A DNA stretch of 64,000 nt from Anaeromyxobacteraceae bacterium (GTDB lineage: Bacteria; Myxococcota; Myxococcia; Myxococcales; Anaeromyxobacteraceae), in NCBI GenBank assembly GCA_047602405.1, contig JASGHJ010000002.1, positions 256,001-320,000 on the forward strand, read 5' to 3'. The position numbers and the translations under genes are program-made. The stretch's first letter is position 1. The number at the start of each line of letters is the position of its first letter. The notes beneath the pieces were generated by a model. It searched no databases. It saw only the letters and a list, made by a program, of their open reading frames with translations, and had not been told where the DNA came from. This document shows positions 53,577-64,000 of this stretch, one piece after another.

Positions 53577-55595
53577 ATGCGCGCCCGCCACGCCCTCCTC
53601 GCCGCCGCCCTCGCCCTCGCGGCCCCCCTCGCGTCCGCGCAGGACCTGGGGCTCGACCTCGGGGCGCCGAAGAAGACGACGAAGAAGGCCGACTCGAAGA
53701 AGAAGCCCCCGAAGAAGGCCGCGAAGCCGCCGAAGGGCGCCGCCTCCAGGCCCGCCGCCCGCCCGGCCGAGACCCGCGCCGCGCCGCCGCCCGCGCCGGT
53801 CCCGCAGCCCTCCCCGCCGCCCGCGGCCGCCCCGTCCCAGGCGCCGGCCGCGGCGCCCGCCGCGCCGGTCGTGCCGCCTCCGCCCCCGCCGCAGGAGGCC
53901 CGCCCCGCTTCCCCGAAGCCGGCGGTGCCGCCGCCCGCGCGCGCCGGCTCGAAGCCCGCCCAGCCCGGGCTCTCGCTCACGCCGCTCGATCTCGGCGGCG
54001 GCGCCGCGAAGGAGAAGCTCGCCGCGGCGAGGAAGCTCCTCGACGGCGGCGACGCCGAGGCCGCCGCGCTCGCCTTCGACGCGATCGTCCGCGATCCCTC
54101 GCTCGCCGAGGCGCACGACGAGGCCCGCTACCAGCGCGCGAAGGCGCTCGAGCGGGCCGGCCTGCACCACGCCGCGCTCTCCGCGTTCGACGAGGTGCTC
54201 GACCGCGGCCCGCAGGGCTCGCGCTTCTACCACTCGGCGCTCGAGTGGGTGTTCTACGTGGGCCGCAACCTGAAGAACGAGCAGCCGGTCCTCTCGCGCG
54301 TGGCGCGCCACGCGGCGGCGGGGTTCCCCCCCGCCCACGAGGATCGCTTCCACCTGCTCGTCGCGAAGTACGAGTTCGAGCGCGCAAGGGCGCTGCAGGA
54401 CGCCGGCCGGCTCGGCGAGGCGCAGAAGGCGTTCGACGAGGCGCGCCGGCTCGCCGGGCTCGTGCGCGAGGCGGCGGGCGGCGGCGCCGAGCCGAGGCCC
54501 GAGCCGAGGAAGGGCGCCGACGAGGCCGAGCTCGCCGCGGAGAGCGGGGACACGTTCGCGCGGGCCCGGTTCCTCACCGGCCTCGTGCTCTACGCGCAGG
54601 GGAGCGCCGACGGCGCCATCGAGTCGTTCAAGGAGGTCGTGCGCCTCCAGAACCCGAAGCGCAACCGCCGCGTCGACCTCGACGTGCGCGAGATGGCGTT
54701 CCTGCAGCTCGCGCGCGTCCACTACGAGAGCCGCCAGAACCGCTACGCGATCTTCTACTACGGGCGCATGCCCTGGGGCGGGCCGCGCTGGCTCGAGGGG
54801 CTGTGGGAGGCCTCGTACGCGCACTACCGCGTGGGCGACTACGAGAAGACGCTCGGCAACCTCCTGACCCTCCAGTCGCCGTACTTCGAGGACGAGTACT
54901 ACCCGGAGTCGTTCATCCTCGAGGCGATCGTCTACTACGAGAACTGCCGCTACCCCGAGGCGCGCCAGGTGCTCGACGCCTTCACCCGCCGCTACGAGCC
55001 GCTCTACGAGGCGCTCGCGGGCATGACCTCGCGCGCGGGCGCCCCGGCCGAGTTCTTCGAGGGCGTGGCCCGCGGCGGCCGGCCCACCGCCGCGCCGATG
55101 GACCGCCGCGTCGCCCGGCTCGCCGACACCGACCTCAACCTCGCCCGGCTCAGCGAGACCATCGGCGAGATCGACCTCGAGGCCTCGTCGGGGCTCTCGG
55201 CGCGCTCGAAGGCGTTCCGCGAGTCCGCGCTCGCGAAGGACGTCGAGGACCGGCTCCGCGCCGAGCGGGTGCGCCTCGCCGACGAGGCCGGCCTGCGGGC
55301 GCGCGGCAAGCTCGAGTACGAGCGCGACCAGCTCCGCACGCTGCTCGCCCAGGGGCTCCGGATCCAGATCGAGGTCTCGCGCAAGGAGCGCGACGCGCTC
55401 GAGGGCGCCCTCATCGCGGGGTCGCAGGTCGAGGTGATCAAGAACCTCAAGTACTCGACCGCGACCTCCGACGAGCACCTCTACTGGCCCTACGAGGGCG
55501 AGTTCTGGCGCGACGAGCTCGGCACCTACACGTACACGTTCACGAAGGGCTGCAAGGACCGCCTGAACCGCCCGCGCGGCACGTCCTCGCCCTGA
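53577..55595 (+). CDS. gltC: gliding motility TPR protein GltC
   Basis: Signal plus Pro-rich linker, LGNLLTLQSPYF, YENCRY, YWPYEGEFWRDELGTY. Confidence 0.82.
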   Translation: MRARHALLAAALALAAPLASAQDLGLDLGAPKKTTKKADSKKKPPKKAAKPPKGAASRPAARPAETRAAPPPAPVPQPSPPPAAAPSQAPAAAPAAPVVPPPPPPQEARPASPKPAVPPPARAGSKPAQPGLSLTPLDLGGGAAKEKLAAARKLLDGGDAEAAALAFDAIVRDPSLAEAHDEARYQRAKALERAGLHHAALSAFDEVLDRGPQGSRFYHSALEWVFYVGRNLKNEQPVLSRVARHAAAGFPPAHEDRFHLLVAKYEFERARALQDAGRLGEAQKAFDEARRLAGLVREAAGGGAEPRPEPRKGADEAELAAESGDTFARARFLTGLVLYAQGSADGAIESFKEVVRLQNPKRNRRVDLDVREMAFLQLARVHYESRQNRYAIFYYGRMPWGGPRWLEGLWEASYAHYRVGDYEKTLGNLLTLQSPYFEDEYYPESFILEAIVYYENCRYPEARQVLDAFTRRYEPLYEALAGMTSRAGAPAEFFEGVARGGRPTAAPMDRRVARLADTDLNLARLSETIGEIDLEASSGLSARSKAFRESALAKDVEDRLRAERVRLADEAGLRARGKLEYERDQLRTLLAQGLRIQIEVSRKERDALEGALIAGSQVEVIKNLKYSTATSDEHLYWPYEGEFWRDELGTYTYTFTKGCKDRLNRPRGTSSP

Positions 55596-55651
55596 ATTGC
55601 TGGGACCGGGGCCCCACCCCCGGTCCGGACCAAACTTCCCGGAGGAACCCG

Positions 55652-58600
55652 ATGAGCCGAGCCCTCGCCGCCGGCCTCGCCCTGTCGCTCCTGGCGGCGG
55701 TGCCCGCGCACGCCCAGCAGCGCAAGTCCGGCCCGGAGGCCGACCTCGGCGCGAAGCGCGAGGTGAGCCCCGACGCCAGCCTGCAGGGCAAGCTGGAGGG
55801 CAAGCGCAAGGAGGAGGGCCCGGCCGGCCCCAAGGTCGCCTTCGACCAGTTCCGCAAGGTCACCGAGGTCAAGATCTCCGAGAAGCGCGCCGAGGAGATC
55901 GCGTCGCTGCGCAAGCTCATCGAGCTCGGCGGGGGCGACGAGGCCGACATGCCCCAGTGGTACTTCCGCCTGGCGGAGCTCCTCTGGGAGGAGAGCCAGT
56001 ACTACTTCTTCGAGTCGAACCGCCGCGACGATCAGCTCATCGCGCTCGGCACCCGCGGCGACCCGCGCGAGATCGACCGGCTCATGGCCGAGAAGAAGGA
56101 GCTCGAGGGCCAGACCCAGAAGCTCCAGGTCCAGGCGGTCGCGCTCTACAAGGCCATCATCTCGAAGTACCCGAGCTACCCGCGGCTCGACGAGGTGCTC
56201 TACTTCCTCGCCGAGAACCTCACCCGCCGGAACAAGAACGACCCCGAGGCGCTCAAGGCGTACCGCGCGCTCATCACGAAGTTCCCGAACTCGCGCTACG
56301 TCCCCGACTGCTGGATGGCGTTCGGCGAGTACTACTTCGAGCGGTCGTCCACCTCGGACCGGGTGCCCAACCTCAAGCGGGCGCTCGAGGCCTACCAGAA
56401 GGCCGCGACCTACCAGGAGAGCAACGTCTACGGCTACGCGCTCTACAAGCAGGGGTGGGTGCACTACAACCTGAACGAGCACGAGCAGGCGATGGACATG
56501 TTCCGCGCCGTCATCTACTTCGGCGAGCTCCCCACCAGCACCGTCCCGGCCGAGAAGAAGCTCGCCCTCGTGAAGGAGGCCCGCAAGGACTACGTCCGCA
56601 CCTACTCCCACGTCGGGCGGCCGGAGGGCGCGCAGGAGGACTTCAAGCGCGTCGGCGGCGAGAACAACGGCTGGGACATGCTGAAGAACCTCGCCGACAT
56701 CTACTACGGCGACGCCAAGGATCCCGCCGCGATCATCGTCTACGCGCGGCTCATCCGCGAGAAGCCGCTCTCGATCGAGGCGCCGTTCTTCCAGTCGCGC
56801 ATCGTGACCTCCGCCGGCCGCATGGGCCGCAAGGAGGACGCGGTCCGCCAGGCGCACCGGTTCGTGGAGCTGCTCCGCGAGAATCGAGAAGGGCTCGCAG
56901 GAGGCGAGGACCGAGAAGGGCCAGAAGGCGCTCGCCGACGCGCGCGCCAACGCGGAGAACACGCTGCGCACGCTCGCGCTCAACTACCACATCGAGTGGA
57001 AGAAGACGCGCGACGAGCCGGTGGCCGGCTTCGCCGCCTCGGTCTACCGCGACTACCTCGACGTCTTCCCCGACGCGCCGACCGCCTACGAGATGCGCTT
57101 CAACCACGGCGAGCTGAGCTACGCGCTCGCCGACTTCCAGGGCGCCGGCGAGGAGTACGACCGGGTCGCGCTCATGGACGTGGCGAGCGTGGAGGGCAAG
57201 GTCCCGGGCCGCCCGAAGCCGGGCAAGCTCATGAAGGACGCCCTCGAGGCCTCGGTGTTCGCCTGGGACCTCGTGGTGAAGAAGCTCGACGAGACCGACA
57301 AGATCCCGCTCACCGACCCCCGCAAGCAGGTCCCGTTCGCGCCGCTCCGGCGCCGGCTCGTGGACGCCTGCGAGCGGTACCTCAAGTACCAGCCGGCCGG
57401 GGACAAGTGGGTCGAGGTCGCCTACAAGTCGGCGAACCTCCACTACCGCCACAACCAGTTCGCCGAGGCGAACGCGCACTTCACGCGCATCGCGCTCGAG
57501 CACCCGTCGCACGAGCTCGCGAAGTACTCCACCAACCTCGTGCTCGACTCCTACAACCTGCTCGGCGACTGGAGGAACGTCAACGCGTGGGCGAAGAAGT
57601 TCTACGCGAACGGCGCGCTCCTGAAGGCCCACCCCGCGCTGAAGGACGACCTCGCCCGCGTCATCGAGCAGTCGGCGTTCAAGATCGTCGAGCAGCGCGA
57701 GGCCTCGAAGGAGTACGAGCTCGCCGCCGAGGAGTACCTCGCCTTCTCGCGCGACTGGCCGGAGTCGAAGCTCGCCTCCACCGCGCTCTACAACGCCTCG
57801 GTCGACTACGTGAAGGCCGGCCGGCTCGACCGGGCGATGGAGGTGCGCGAGCAGTTCCTGCAGCGCTTCCCGAACGACCCGCTCGTGCCGAAGGCGAACT
57901 ACGACAACGCCGAGGCGTTCGAGGCGATCGCCGACTTCGAGAAGGCGGCCGACCTCTACGAGAGGTACTTCCGGGACTGGAAGCGGCAGCGCGACGGGGG
58001 CGCCGTGGCCGCCCGGCCCCCGCCGAAGGGGAAGAAGGGCAAGAAGGCCGCCCCGCCGCCCCCCGCCGCCGCGCCCGCCGGGCAGTACGAGGAGAAGAAG
58101 GCCTCCGACGCCCTCATCAACGTGGCGGTCTTCCGGGGCGAGCTGCGGGACCTCACCGGCGCGGAGGCGGCGATCACCGCCTACCTCGAGACCTGGCCGG
58201 AGGGCGCGGACGCGGCGAAGCTCTCGCTCGCCCTCGCCGACCTCTACCGCGACCAGAAGAAGCCCGCGTTCGAGCTCAGGCAGCTCGAGCTGCACCAGAA
58301 GAAGTACGCGGCCGACGCCGACGGGTGGCTCGCGATCCAGCACCGGATCGCGCTCCTCATGGAGAAGAACGGCAACGCCCGCGGCGGGCGCGAAGCGTAC
58401 GACCTCGGCCTCGCCTACTGGCGGCGCAACCGGGACAAGGTGAAGGACCGGGGCCTCGCGCTCGTCGCCCAGGCCCAGTACCTCGAGCTCGAGCCGGAGT
58501 TCGACGCGTACGACCGGATCACCCTCAACGTCGCGCCGAAGTACCTGAAGGCGCAGCTCGAGGTGAAGGCGAAGAAGCTCAACAAGCTCGAGGCCTCCTA

Positions 58601-59201
58601 CGGCGAGATCGTGAAGCTGAAGCAGCCCGACCCCGCCATCTGCGCGCTCTACAAGATCGCGTGGGGCTACCGGCGCTACGCCGAGGCCCTCTTCGCGGTG
58701 CCGGTGCCGAAGGAGTTCCGGAACAACGCGGAGGCCGTCGACGAGTACAAGTCGCAGCTCGCCCAGTTCGCCGAGCCGCTCGAGGCGAAGGCGGTGGAGG
58801 GGCTCGAGCTCGCCGCGAAGACCTCGCGCGACTACGCGGTGGTGAACGACTGCGCCCGCAAGGTGAACGAGCTCCTCGCGAAGGCGAAGCCGGACGAGTA
58901 CGCGCCGACCGGCGAGCTCGCCGCGCCGGTCGCCTGGGTCGCGCCCCGGCCCGAGCCGCGCGGCTACGGCCCGCTCGCCGCGGTGCAGGCCGCGCCCTCG
59001 CAGCGCCCCGCGGGCAAGAAGGCCGACGCCCCGCTGGCGCCGCTCAAGGTGCAGCCCGCGGCCGGCCCGGCGAAGCCGGCCGCGAAGCCGATCGACCCGT
59101 CCGACCCACAGAACCGGGTCATCCCGGACGAGCCGGTGCCGGTGAAGAAGAAGGCGAAGAAGGACGGCAAGAAGGAAGACGAGGAGGATCTGCTGCCGTG
59201 A
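55652..59201 (+). CDS. gltD: large TPR gliding protein GltD (AgmU-like), apparent +1 frameshift at ~56882
   Basis: GGAGG RBS; FRLAELLWEES, YPSYPRLDEVLYFL, YALYKQGW; removing one A from GAGAATC joins to ORF 57021..59201. Confidence 0.82.
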
Positions 59202-60532
59202 TCGACCGCCCCCGCCTCCTCGCGCTCGCCGCGGCCGCGGCGCTCTCGGCCTGCGCCTCCTCGGGCGCCGCCGGCGCCGGCGACGCGCCGCCCCCGGCCG
59301 CCGCGGGCAAGCCCCGCGCCGCCGCCGTGCCGGTGCCCCCGCCGCCCCCCGGCACCGCGCCGGCCTCCGGCGACCCCGCCGTCCGCGCCTTCGAGGACGC
59401 CGCCCGCGCCCAGACGAAGGCGCTCGAGGGCGGCGGCACCGTGGACTGGTCCGAAGCCGAGCGCCGGTGGCGCTCGGTGCTCGCGCAGGGGGAGGTGGGG
59501 GAGGCCCGCTTCAACCTCGGCGTGGCGCTCGAGCACCAGGGCCGCGCCGACGAGGCGCGCGAGGCGTACGAGCAGGCGCTCCAGGCGAAGCCCACCCTGC
59601 GCCAGGCGATGGTGAATCTCGCCGTGCTCGCCGAGGCGCGCGGCGACGGCCCCGGGGCCGCCGCCGCGTACGCCCGCGTGCTGCGCGACTTCCCCGAGGA
59701 CGCCATGGCGCGCGAGCGCCTCGCGTCGCTCTACCTCGCCTCGGGGCAGTACGAGGAGTCGTTCCGGCTCGCGAAGGAGTCGCTGCTCCGCGACCCGCGC
59801 TCGGTCGGCGCGCTCAAGACGCTCGCCCGCGCCGCGCTCGGGAAGAAGCAGCCCGCCCAGGCGCGCCTCGTCGCCCGCCGCGCCGAGAAGCTCGCCCCGA
59901 AGGACCCGGAGCTCCCGGAGCTCCAGGGGCTCTCGTACGCGCAGCAGGGCGACGCCGCCGCGGCCGCCGTGCAGTTCCGCCGCGCGCTCGCGCTCGCCCC
60001 GGGGCACCTGCCCGCGCGCTACGCGCTCCTCCAGCAGGCGCTCGAGGGCCAGAAGTGGGGCGCGGTCGACGAGCACGCCACCGCGATCCTCGCGGCGCGC
60101 CCGGACGACGCGCGGGTGGTCCTCGCGAAGGGGCTCGCCCTGCGCCACTCCGGCAAGGCCGACGAGGCCCTCGCCGCCTACGAGCGGGCCGAGAAGCTCG
60201 GCGGCGCCGACCTGCCCGAGGCGACGCTCGCGCGGGGCGTGCTCCTCGGGAAGGTGAAGGGCGAGTGCGAGGCGGCGATCCCCGTGCTGACCGCGTACCT
60301 GCGCTCCGGCGGCGTCCCGGCCGGCGGCCCCCAGGCGACGAAGCTCGTGCGCGAGTGCGAGGCCACCCTCGCCGAGAACCGGAAGCTCGCCGAGACCGCG
60401 CGCCAGATGAAGGCGGAGTCGGACCGCAAGGCCGCGGAGGCCGCGCAGAAGAAGGCCGCCGAGGAGCTCCTCAAGGCTCCGCCGCCGCCGCCCCCACAGC
60501 CCCCTTCACCGGCGCCCGCCGGGAAGCCCTGA
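59198..60532 (+). CDS. gltE: TPR lipoprotein GltE (AglT-like)
   Basis: GTGA overlap; LSAC lipobox; TPRs (ARFNLGVALE, AMVNLAVL). Confidence 0.78.
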   Translation: MIDRPRLLALAAAAALSACASSGAAGAGDAPPPAAAGKPRAAAVPVPPPPPGTAPASGDPAVRAFEDAARAQTKALEGGGTVDWSEAERRWRSVLAQGEVGEARFNLGVALEHQGRADEAREAYEQALQAKPTLRQAMVNLAVLAEARGDGPGAAAAYARVLRDFPEDAMARERLASLYLASGQYEESFRLAKESLLRDPRSVGALKTLARAALGKKQPAQARLVARRAEKLAPKDPELPELQGLSYAQQGDAAAAAVQFRRALALAPGHLPARYALLQQALEGQKWGAVDEHATAILAARPDDARVVLAKGLALRHSGKADEALAAYERAEKLGGADLPEATLARGVLLGKVKGECEAAIPVLTAYLRSGGVPAGGPQATKLVRECEATLAENRKLAETARQMKAESDRKAAEAAQKKAAEELLKAPPPPPPQPPSPAPAGKP

Positions 60533-60600
60533 ACGGGGCATGGCCACCTTTCTGACAGGCCGGACCGGGTGATAGGATCGTTCACCCTCGAGAGGTTCCG

Positions 60601-60915
60601 ATGACGAAGACGCTCCTCCTCACGGCAGCCGCGGCGACGACCGGGCTCCTCCTCGCGCTCGCGGCGCCCGCGCGCGCCCAGGACGCAGGGGCGCCGGCCG
60701 GCGGCCAGCCGCAGCCGGCGTCCGGCGACGCCCAGCCGCGCGTCGAGTACGAGAAGAAGACCGTCATCAACTTCGAGGAGGACACCATCGAGGGCGACCT
60801 GAAGCGCCCCGACGGCGAGTACATCGAGGGCCGCAAGAAGGTGCAGCACTCGAACCTCATCCGCATCCGCGAGAACTGGCACGACAAGGTCATGCAGTCG
60901 TCGTCCGACCTCTAG
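60601..60915 (+). CDS. gltF: gliding motility protein GltF (CglF)
   Basis: Signal peptide; YEKKTVINFEEDTIEGDLKRPDG...NLIRIRENW. Confidence 0.85.
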   Translation: MTKTLLLTAAAATTGLLLALAAPARAQDAGAPAGGQPQPASGDAQPRVEYEKKTVINFEEDTIEGDLKRPDGEYIEGRKKVQHSNLIRIRENWHDKVMQSSSDL

Positions 60916-60927
60916 GCCGCGACCCCC

Positions 60928-63009
60928 ATGCCCAGCCCGATCACCGTCAAGGTCTTCCGCGGCGACGCGCTCGTGAAGAGCGAGCAGTTCACCCGCGACA
61001 TCATCAAGATCGGGCGCGGCGACAAGGCCCACCTCGTCCTCGACGACGAGAAGCTCTCGCGCATCCACGCGGTGATCGAGCTCGCGCCCGACGGCAACGT
61101 GTCGATCATCGACATGGGCTCGACCGGCGGCACCTTCGTCAACGGCAAGAAGGTGAGCCGCGGCAAGGTCGAGTTCGGCGACCAGATCATGCTCGGGCAG
61201 GGCGGCCTCACGCTCGTGCTCGAGGCCGGCGGCGCACCCGCCGAGGCCGCGCCGCAGGCCGCCGCCGCGCCGTCCCCGGCGCCGGTCGCGCCGCGCGTCG
61301 CGCCGGCCCCGGCCGCGCCGGTCGCCGCCGCGCCGAAGCCCGCGCCGGCCCCCGCGCCGCGCGCGACGACGGTCAACAAGGCGGTCCCGGCGCCGCAGGC
61401 GGCCGCCCCGGCCCCGCAGCCCGCGCCGGTCGCCGCGAAGCCCGCCCCCGCGAGGCGCACGAACGGCACGCACGCCGCGCTCGAGGCCGCCGTCCCGGCC
61501 GCGCCGCCGCCCGCCGTGGTGCAGGCCCCGGTCCCGGCGCCCGCCGCCGAGGTGGAGGCGCCCGCCCCGAGGCGCCACACCGGCGCGCACGTCATCACCA
61601 CCCCCGCGGTGCTCGAGGACCTCTCGGCCGAGCCCGACCTCGGCGTCGAGCTCCGCCTGCTCTGGGGCCAGACGCTGCTCGACGCGCACACCTGGGTGCG
61701 CCCGAAGTCGCCGGTGCTCGTCGGCGAGACCGACCGCTGCGCGCTGAAGCTCGAGGGGCTCCCGATGGCGGAGCTCCCCGTCCTCACCTTCGAGGGCGGC
61801 GACTACCGCTTCACGTTCACGAAGGGCATGAACGGCGTCGTCGTGCTGCCCGAGGGCAAGCAGACCTTCGGCCAGCTCGTGCGCGAGAAGAAGGCGCAGC
61901 CGGAGGGCAAGGTCGACGGCGGCTTCAGCGTGACGGTGCCGAAGAAGGGGGCCGTCCGCGCCGAGGTCGGCAAGCTCGCGATCGAGGCGCGCCCCCGCGT
62001 GCCGCGGCAGGTGAAGGGCGCGCCGTTCTGGGAGCAGATCAACTACCAGTTCCTGAACCTCTTCCTGATCCTGTTCTTCCTCCTCTCCGGCTTCGTGGTC
62101 GCGGCGAACAACTGGCCGTACGACACCGACGTCGTCGCCGACGACCTCTTCAAGAACCCGCAGCGGATGGCGAAGTTCATCATCAAGCCGGCCGAGCCGC
62201 CGCCGAAGGCGGCGCAGGCGCCGAAGTCGGACGAGCCGAAGAAGGACGACGGCGAGGCGGCCGCGAAGGCGAAGGGCGACGAGGGGCAGATGGGCAAGAA
62301 GGACGCGCCCAAGACGAACGCCCGCTCGGCCCCGAAGGCGATCGATCCGAACGCGAAGGACCTCGTGAAGCGCACCGGCCTCCTCGCGGCGCTCGGGCGC
62401 GGCGGCGGCGGCGGGCTCTCGACGGTGTTCGGCTCGGGCGGCCTCGGCGGCGACCTCAAGGGCGCGGTGGGCAACATGTTCGGCCCCACGGTCGGCGACA
62501 GCTACGGCCTCGGCGGCCTCGGCATCCGTGGCTCGGGCTCGGGCGGCGGCGGCACCGGCGAGACCATCGGCATCGGCGCGGTCGGCACGAAGGGCCGCGG
62601 CGGCGGCATGGGCAGCTACGGCACCGGCGTCGGCGGCCTCGGCTCGAAGTCCGACCGCCCGCTCTCGGTGACGACCGGCCCGGCCACCGTGCAGGGCGCC
62701 ATCGACAAGGAGCTCATCCGCAAGGTCATCCAGGAGCACGCCGACCAGATCCGCTACTGCTACACGCAGCAGCTGCAGGTGAACCCGCGCCTGCAGGGCA
62801 AGGTCTCGGTCACCTGGGTCATCAACGCCGACGGCTCGGCCTCGGGCGCGAAGATCGACGCCTCCGCGACGTCGCTCGAGGACCCGAAGGTCCACGAGTG
62901 CATGATGGCCAAGATCCAGTCCTGGGCGTTCCCGAAGCCCAAGGGCGGCGGCTTCGCGATCATCACCTACCCGTGGATCCTGCGCTCCGCCGGCAGCGGG
63001 GCGGAGTAG
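60928..63009 (+). CDS. gltG: GltG (PglI-like): FHA domain, TM segment, Gly-rich linker, TonB-C-like domain
   Basis: IKIGR...SRIHA...DMGSTGGTFVNG; TM segment; IRYCY...QGKV...WAFPKPKGG...ITYPW. Confidence 0.87.
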   Translation: MPSPITVKVFRGDALVKSEQFTRDIIKIGRGDKAHLVLDDEKLSRIHAVIELAPDGNVSIIDMGSTGGTFVNGKKVSRGKVEFGDQIMLGQGGLTLVLEAGGAPAEAAPQAAAAPSPAPVAPRVAPAPAAPVAAAPKPAPAPAPRATTVNKAVPAPQAAAPAPQPAPVAAKPAPARRTNGTHAALEAAVPAAPPPAVVQAPVPAPAAEVEAPAPRRHTGAHVITTPAVLEDLSAEPDLGVELRLLWGQTLLDAHTWVRPKSPVLVGETDRCALKLEGLPMAELPVLTFEGGDYRFTFTKGMNGVVVLPEGKQTFGQLVREKKAQPEGKVDGGFSVTVPKKGAVRAEVGKLAIEARPRVPRQVKGAPFWEQINYQFLNLFLILFFLLSGFVVAANNWPYDTDVVADDLFKNPQRMAKFIIKPAEPPPKAAQAPKSDEPKKDDGEAAAKAKGDEGQMGKKDAPKTNARSAPKAIDPNAKDLVKRTGLLAALGRGGGGGLSTVFGSGGLGGDLKGAVGNMFGPTVGDSYGLGGLGIRGSGSGGGGTGETIGIGAVGTKGRGGGMGSYGTGVGGLGSKSDRPLSVTTGPATVQGAIDKELIRKVIQEHADQIRYCYTQQLQVNPRLQGKVSVTWVINADGSASGAKIDASATSLEDPKVHECMMAKIQSWAFPKPKGGGFAIITYPWILRSAGSGAE

Positions 63010-63020
63010 GGGAGACGGTC

Positions 63021-63641
63021 ATGACGAGGATCCTCGCGCTCGCGCTCGCCGCGCTCCTCCCCGCCGCCGCGCTCGGCCAGGAGTCGGCGCCGGAGCTGCA
63101 GACCGACCCGCGCGCGGCGAAGTTCCGCGACGTGGAGCGCGGCCTCTTCGTCGGCTTCGAGGCCGGCTACCTCTCGCTGCTCGACACGCCCACCAAGAAC
63201 ACGACGGACTTCCCGTACGCGGGGAAGGGCGGCGGGCGAGCGGGCGGGCTCCTCGTGACGGCGTCGGTGGGCATCGACCTCGGGACGCGGCTGTCGGTCT
63301 CGCTCTTCGGCGTTGGCACGAACCAGCAGGCGAGCATCGACTACGGCGCCTTCTCGCTGTTCGGCGGCGGCGCCGACGTCCGCTGGGCGTTCTACGGCTC
63401 GAAGGATCCCAACGATTACGAGCGCTTCTTCCTGTTCGTGCACGCGCGGGGCAGCTACGTGCTCGCGAAGCCGACCGGGCTCTTCGGCGACTCCGAGCTG
63501 CTCGTCGCGGGCGGGCCCGGCGTCGAGTACTACACGCGCCTGCGCCACTTCTCGATCGGCGTCGTGACCGACGTCGCCTACGCGACGAGCGCGGGCACGG
63601 CCGGGTTCGCGGTGTACCCGACGGTGCGCTACACGTTCTGA
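63021..63641 (+). CDS. gltH: outer membrane protein GltH (CglE-like)
   Basis: Signal peptide, FRDVERGLF, GVEYYTRLRHFSIG, C-terminal RYTF. Confidence 0.8.
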   Translation: MTRILALALAALLPAAALGQESAPELQTDPRAAKFRDVERGLFVGFEAGYLSLLDTPTKNTTDFPYAGKGGGRAGGLLVTASVGIDLGTRLSVSLFGVGTNQQASIDYGAFSLFGGGADVRWAFYGSKDPNDYERFFLFVHARGSYVLAKPTGLFGDSELLVAGGPGVEYYTRLRHFSIGVVTDVAYATSAGTAGFAVYPTVRYTF

Positions 63642-63655
63642 GTTTCACGGGGCCT

Positions 63656-63700
63656 CGTCCCTCGACTCCGGCCCGCTTCGCGGGCCTACGCTCGGGATGA
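63656..63700 (+). repeat. REP-like family 2, copy 3
   Basis: Identical to 11386-11430. Confidence 0.92.
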
Positions 63701-63797
63701 ACGGCCGAGTGGGTCCCCACCCCGGCAGCAACGGTTTCGGGGGTGGCGGCAGCGGGTCAACCGCCCGAAAGGGCTCGGGAAATCGCCGGCCGTTCCG

Positions 63798-63827
63798 TTG
63801 ACCCTGCCGGGTGGGCGGCCCTATACT
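63798..63827 (+). promoter_or_regulatory. candidate sigma70 promoter
   Basis: TTGACC-18-TATACT. Confidence 0.6.
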
Positions 63828-63878
63828 TTCGCGTCCCCTGCCTGGCCGGCCCAACCTTCACGCCGAGCGAAACCACCT

Positions 63879-64000
63879 GTGAGCGCACCGGCTTCGGAAG
63901 ACCAGATCCGCCTGCACCTCGAGACCCTCGAGGCCGCCCCCGGTGACGTGGGCTCCTTCCGGGCCCTCGAGAGCCTCTACGAGAACGCCGCGCGCTGGGA
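63879..64000 (+). CDS. start of a TPR-like protein, probably GltI (AgmK-like), truncated by window edge
   Basis: GTG...LEAAPGDVGSFRALESLYENAARW; position after gltH. Confidence 0.55.
   Translation, partial: MSAPASEDQIRLHLETLEAAPGDVGSFRALESLYENAARW

Noticed and set aside
54245..60532. Apparent 2095-aa giant protein (and similar fusions 33213..36329, 45448..48165, 23180..27040)
   Set aside because: Artefacts of single-base insertions and open shadow frames joining separate genes; each component has its own start, signal peptide or stop.

Overview
Very GC-rich core-chromosome window of a myxobacterium, most likely Anaeromyxobacter-like (inferred from the Glt gliding genes, MXAN_5187-type, PilZ and MshEN proteins). 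In order it holds: selD with an in-frame Sec UGA; an amidase, rph and rdgB; four tRNAs; TetR-EmrB-EmrA; a TonB receptor; an SspB-like gene; tRNA-Leu-tig-clpP-clpX, three inserted genes, then lon; an AT-richer cassette flanked by long hairpin elements; a second amidase, a hybrid kinase and nadA; an NtrY/NtrX-like pair bracketing a PBP1A operon; a Cys-rich Pal with a CpoB-like partner; thrB; an FHA-sigma54 activator; and one contiguous gltK-B-A-C-D-E-F-G-H-(I) cluster. No integrase, transposase, prophage or CRISPR array was seen. Four signals stand out. (1) A ~260-nt covarying hairpin element, in two full copies and one partial copy, flanks a foreign gene coupled to an upstream gene remnant. (2) All 8 apparent +1 frameshifts fall in or within ~7 nt of GATC, suggesting a modified GATC motif causing base-calling errors. 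(3) Two REP-like palindrome families are present, with a chimera of them inside the 5' end of a CDS. (4) Many genes look leaderless.
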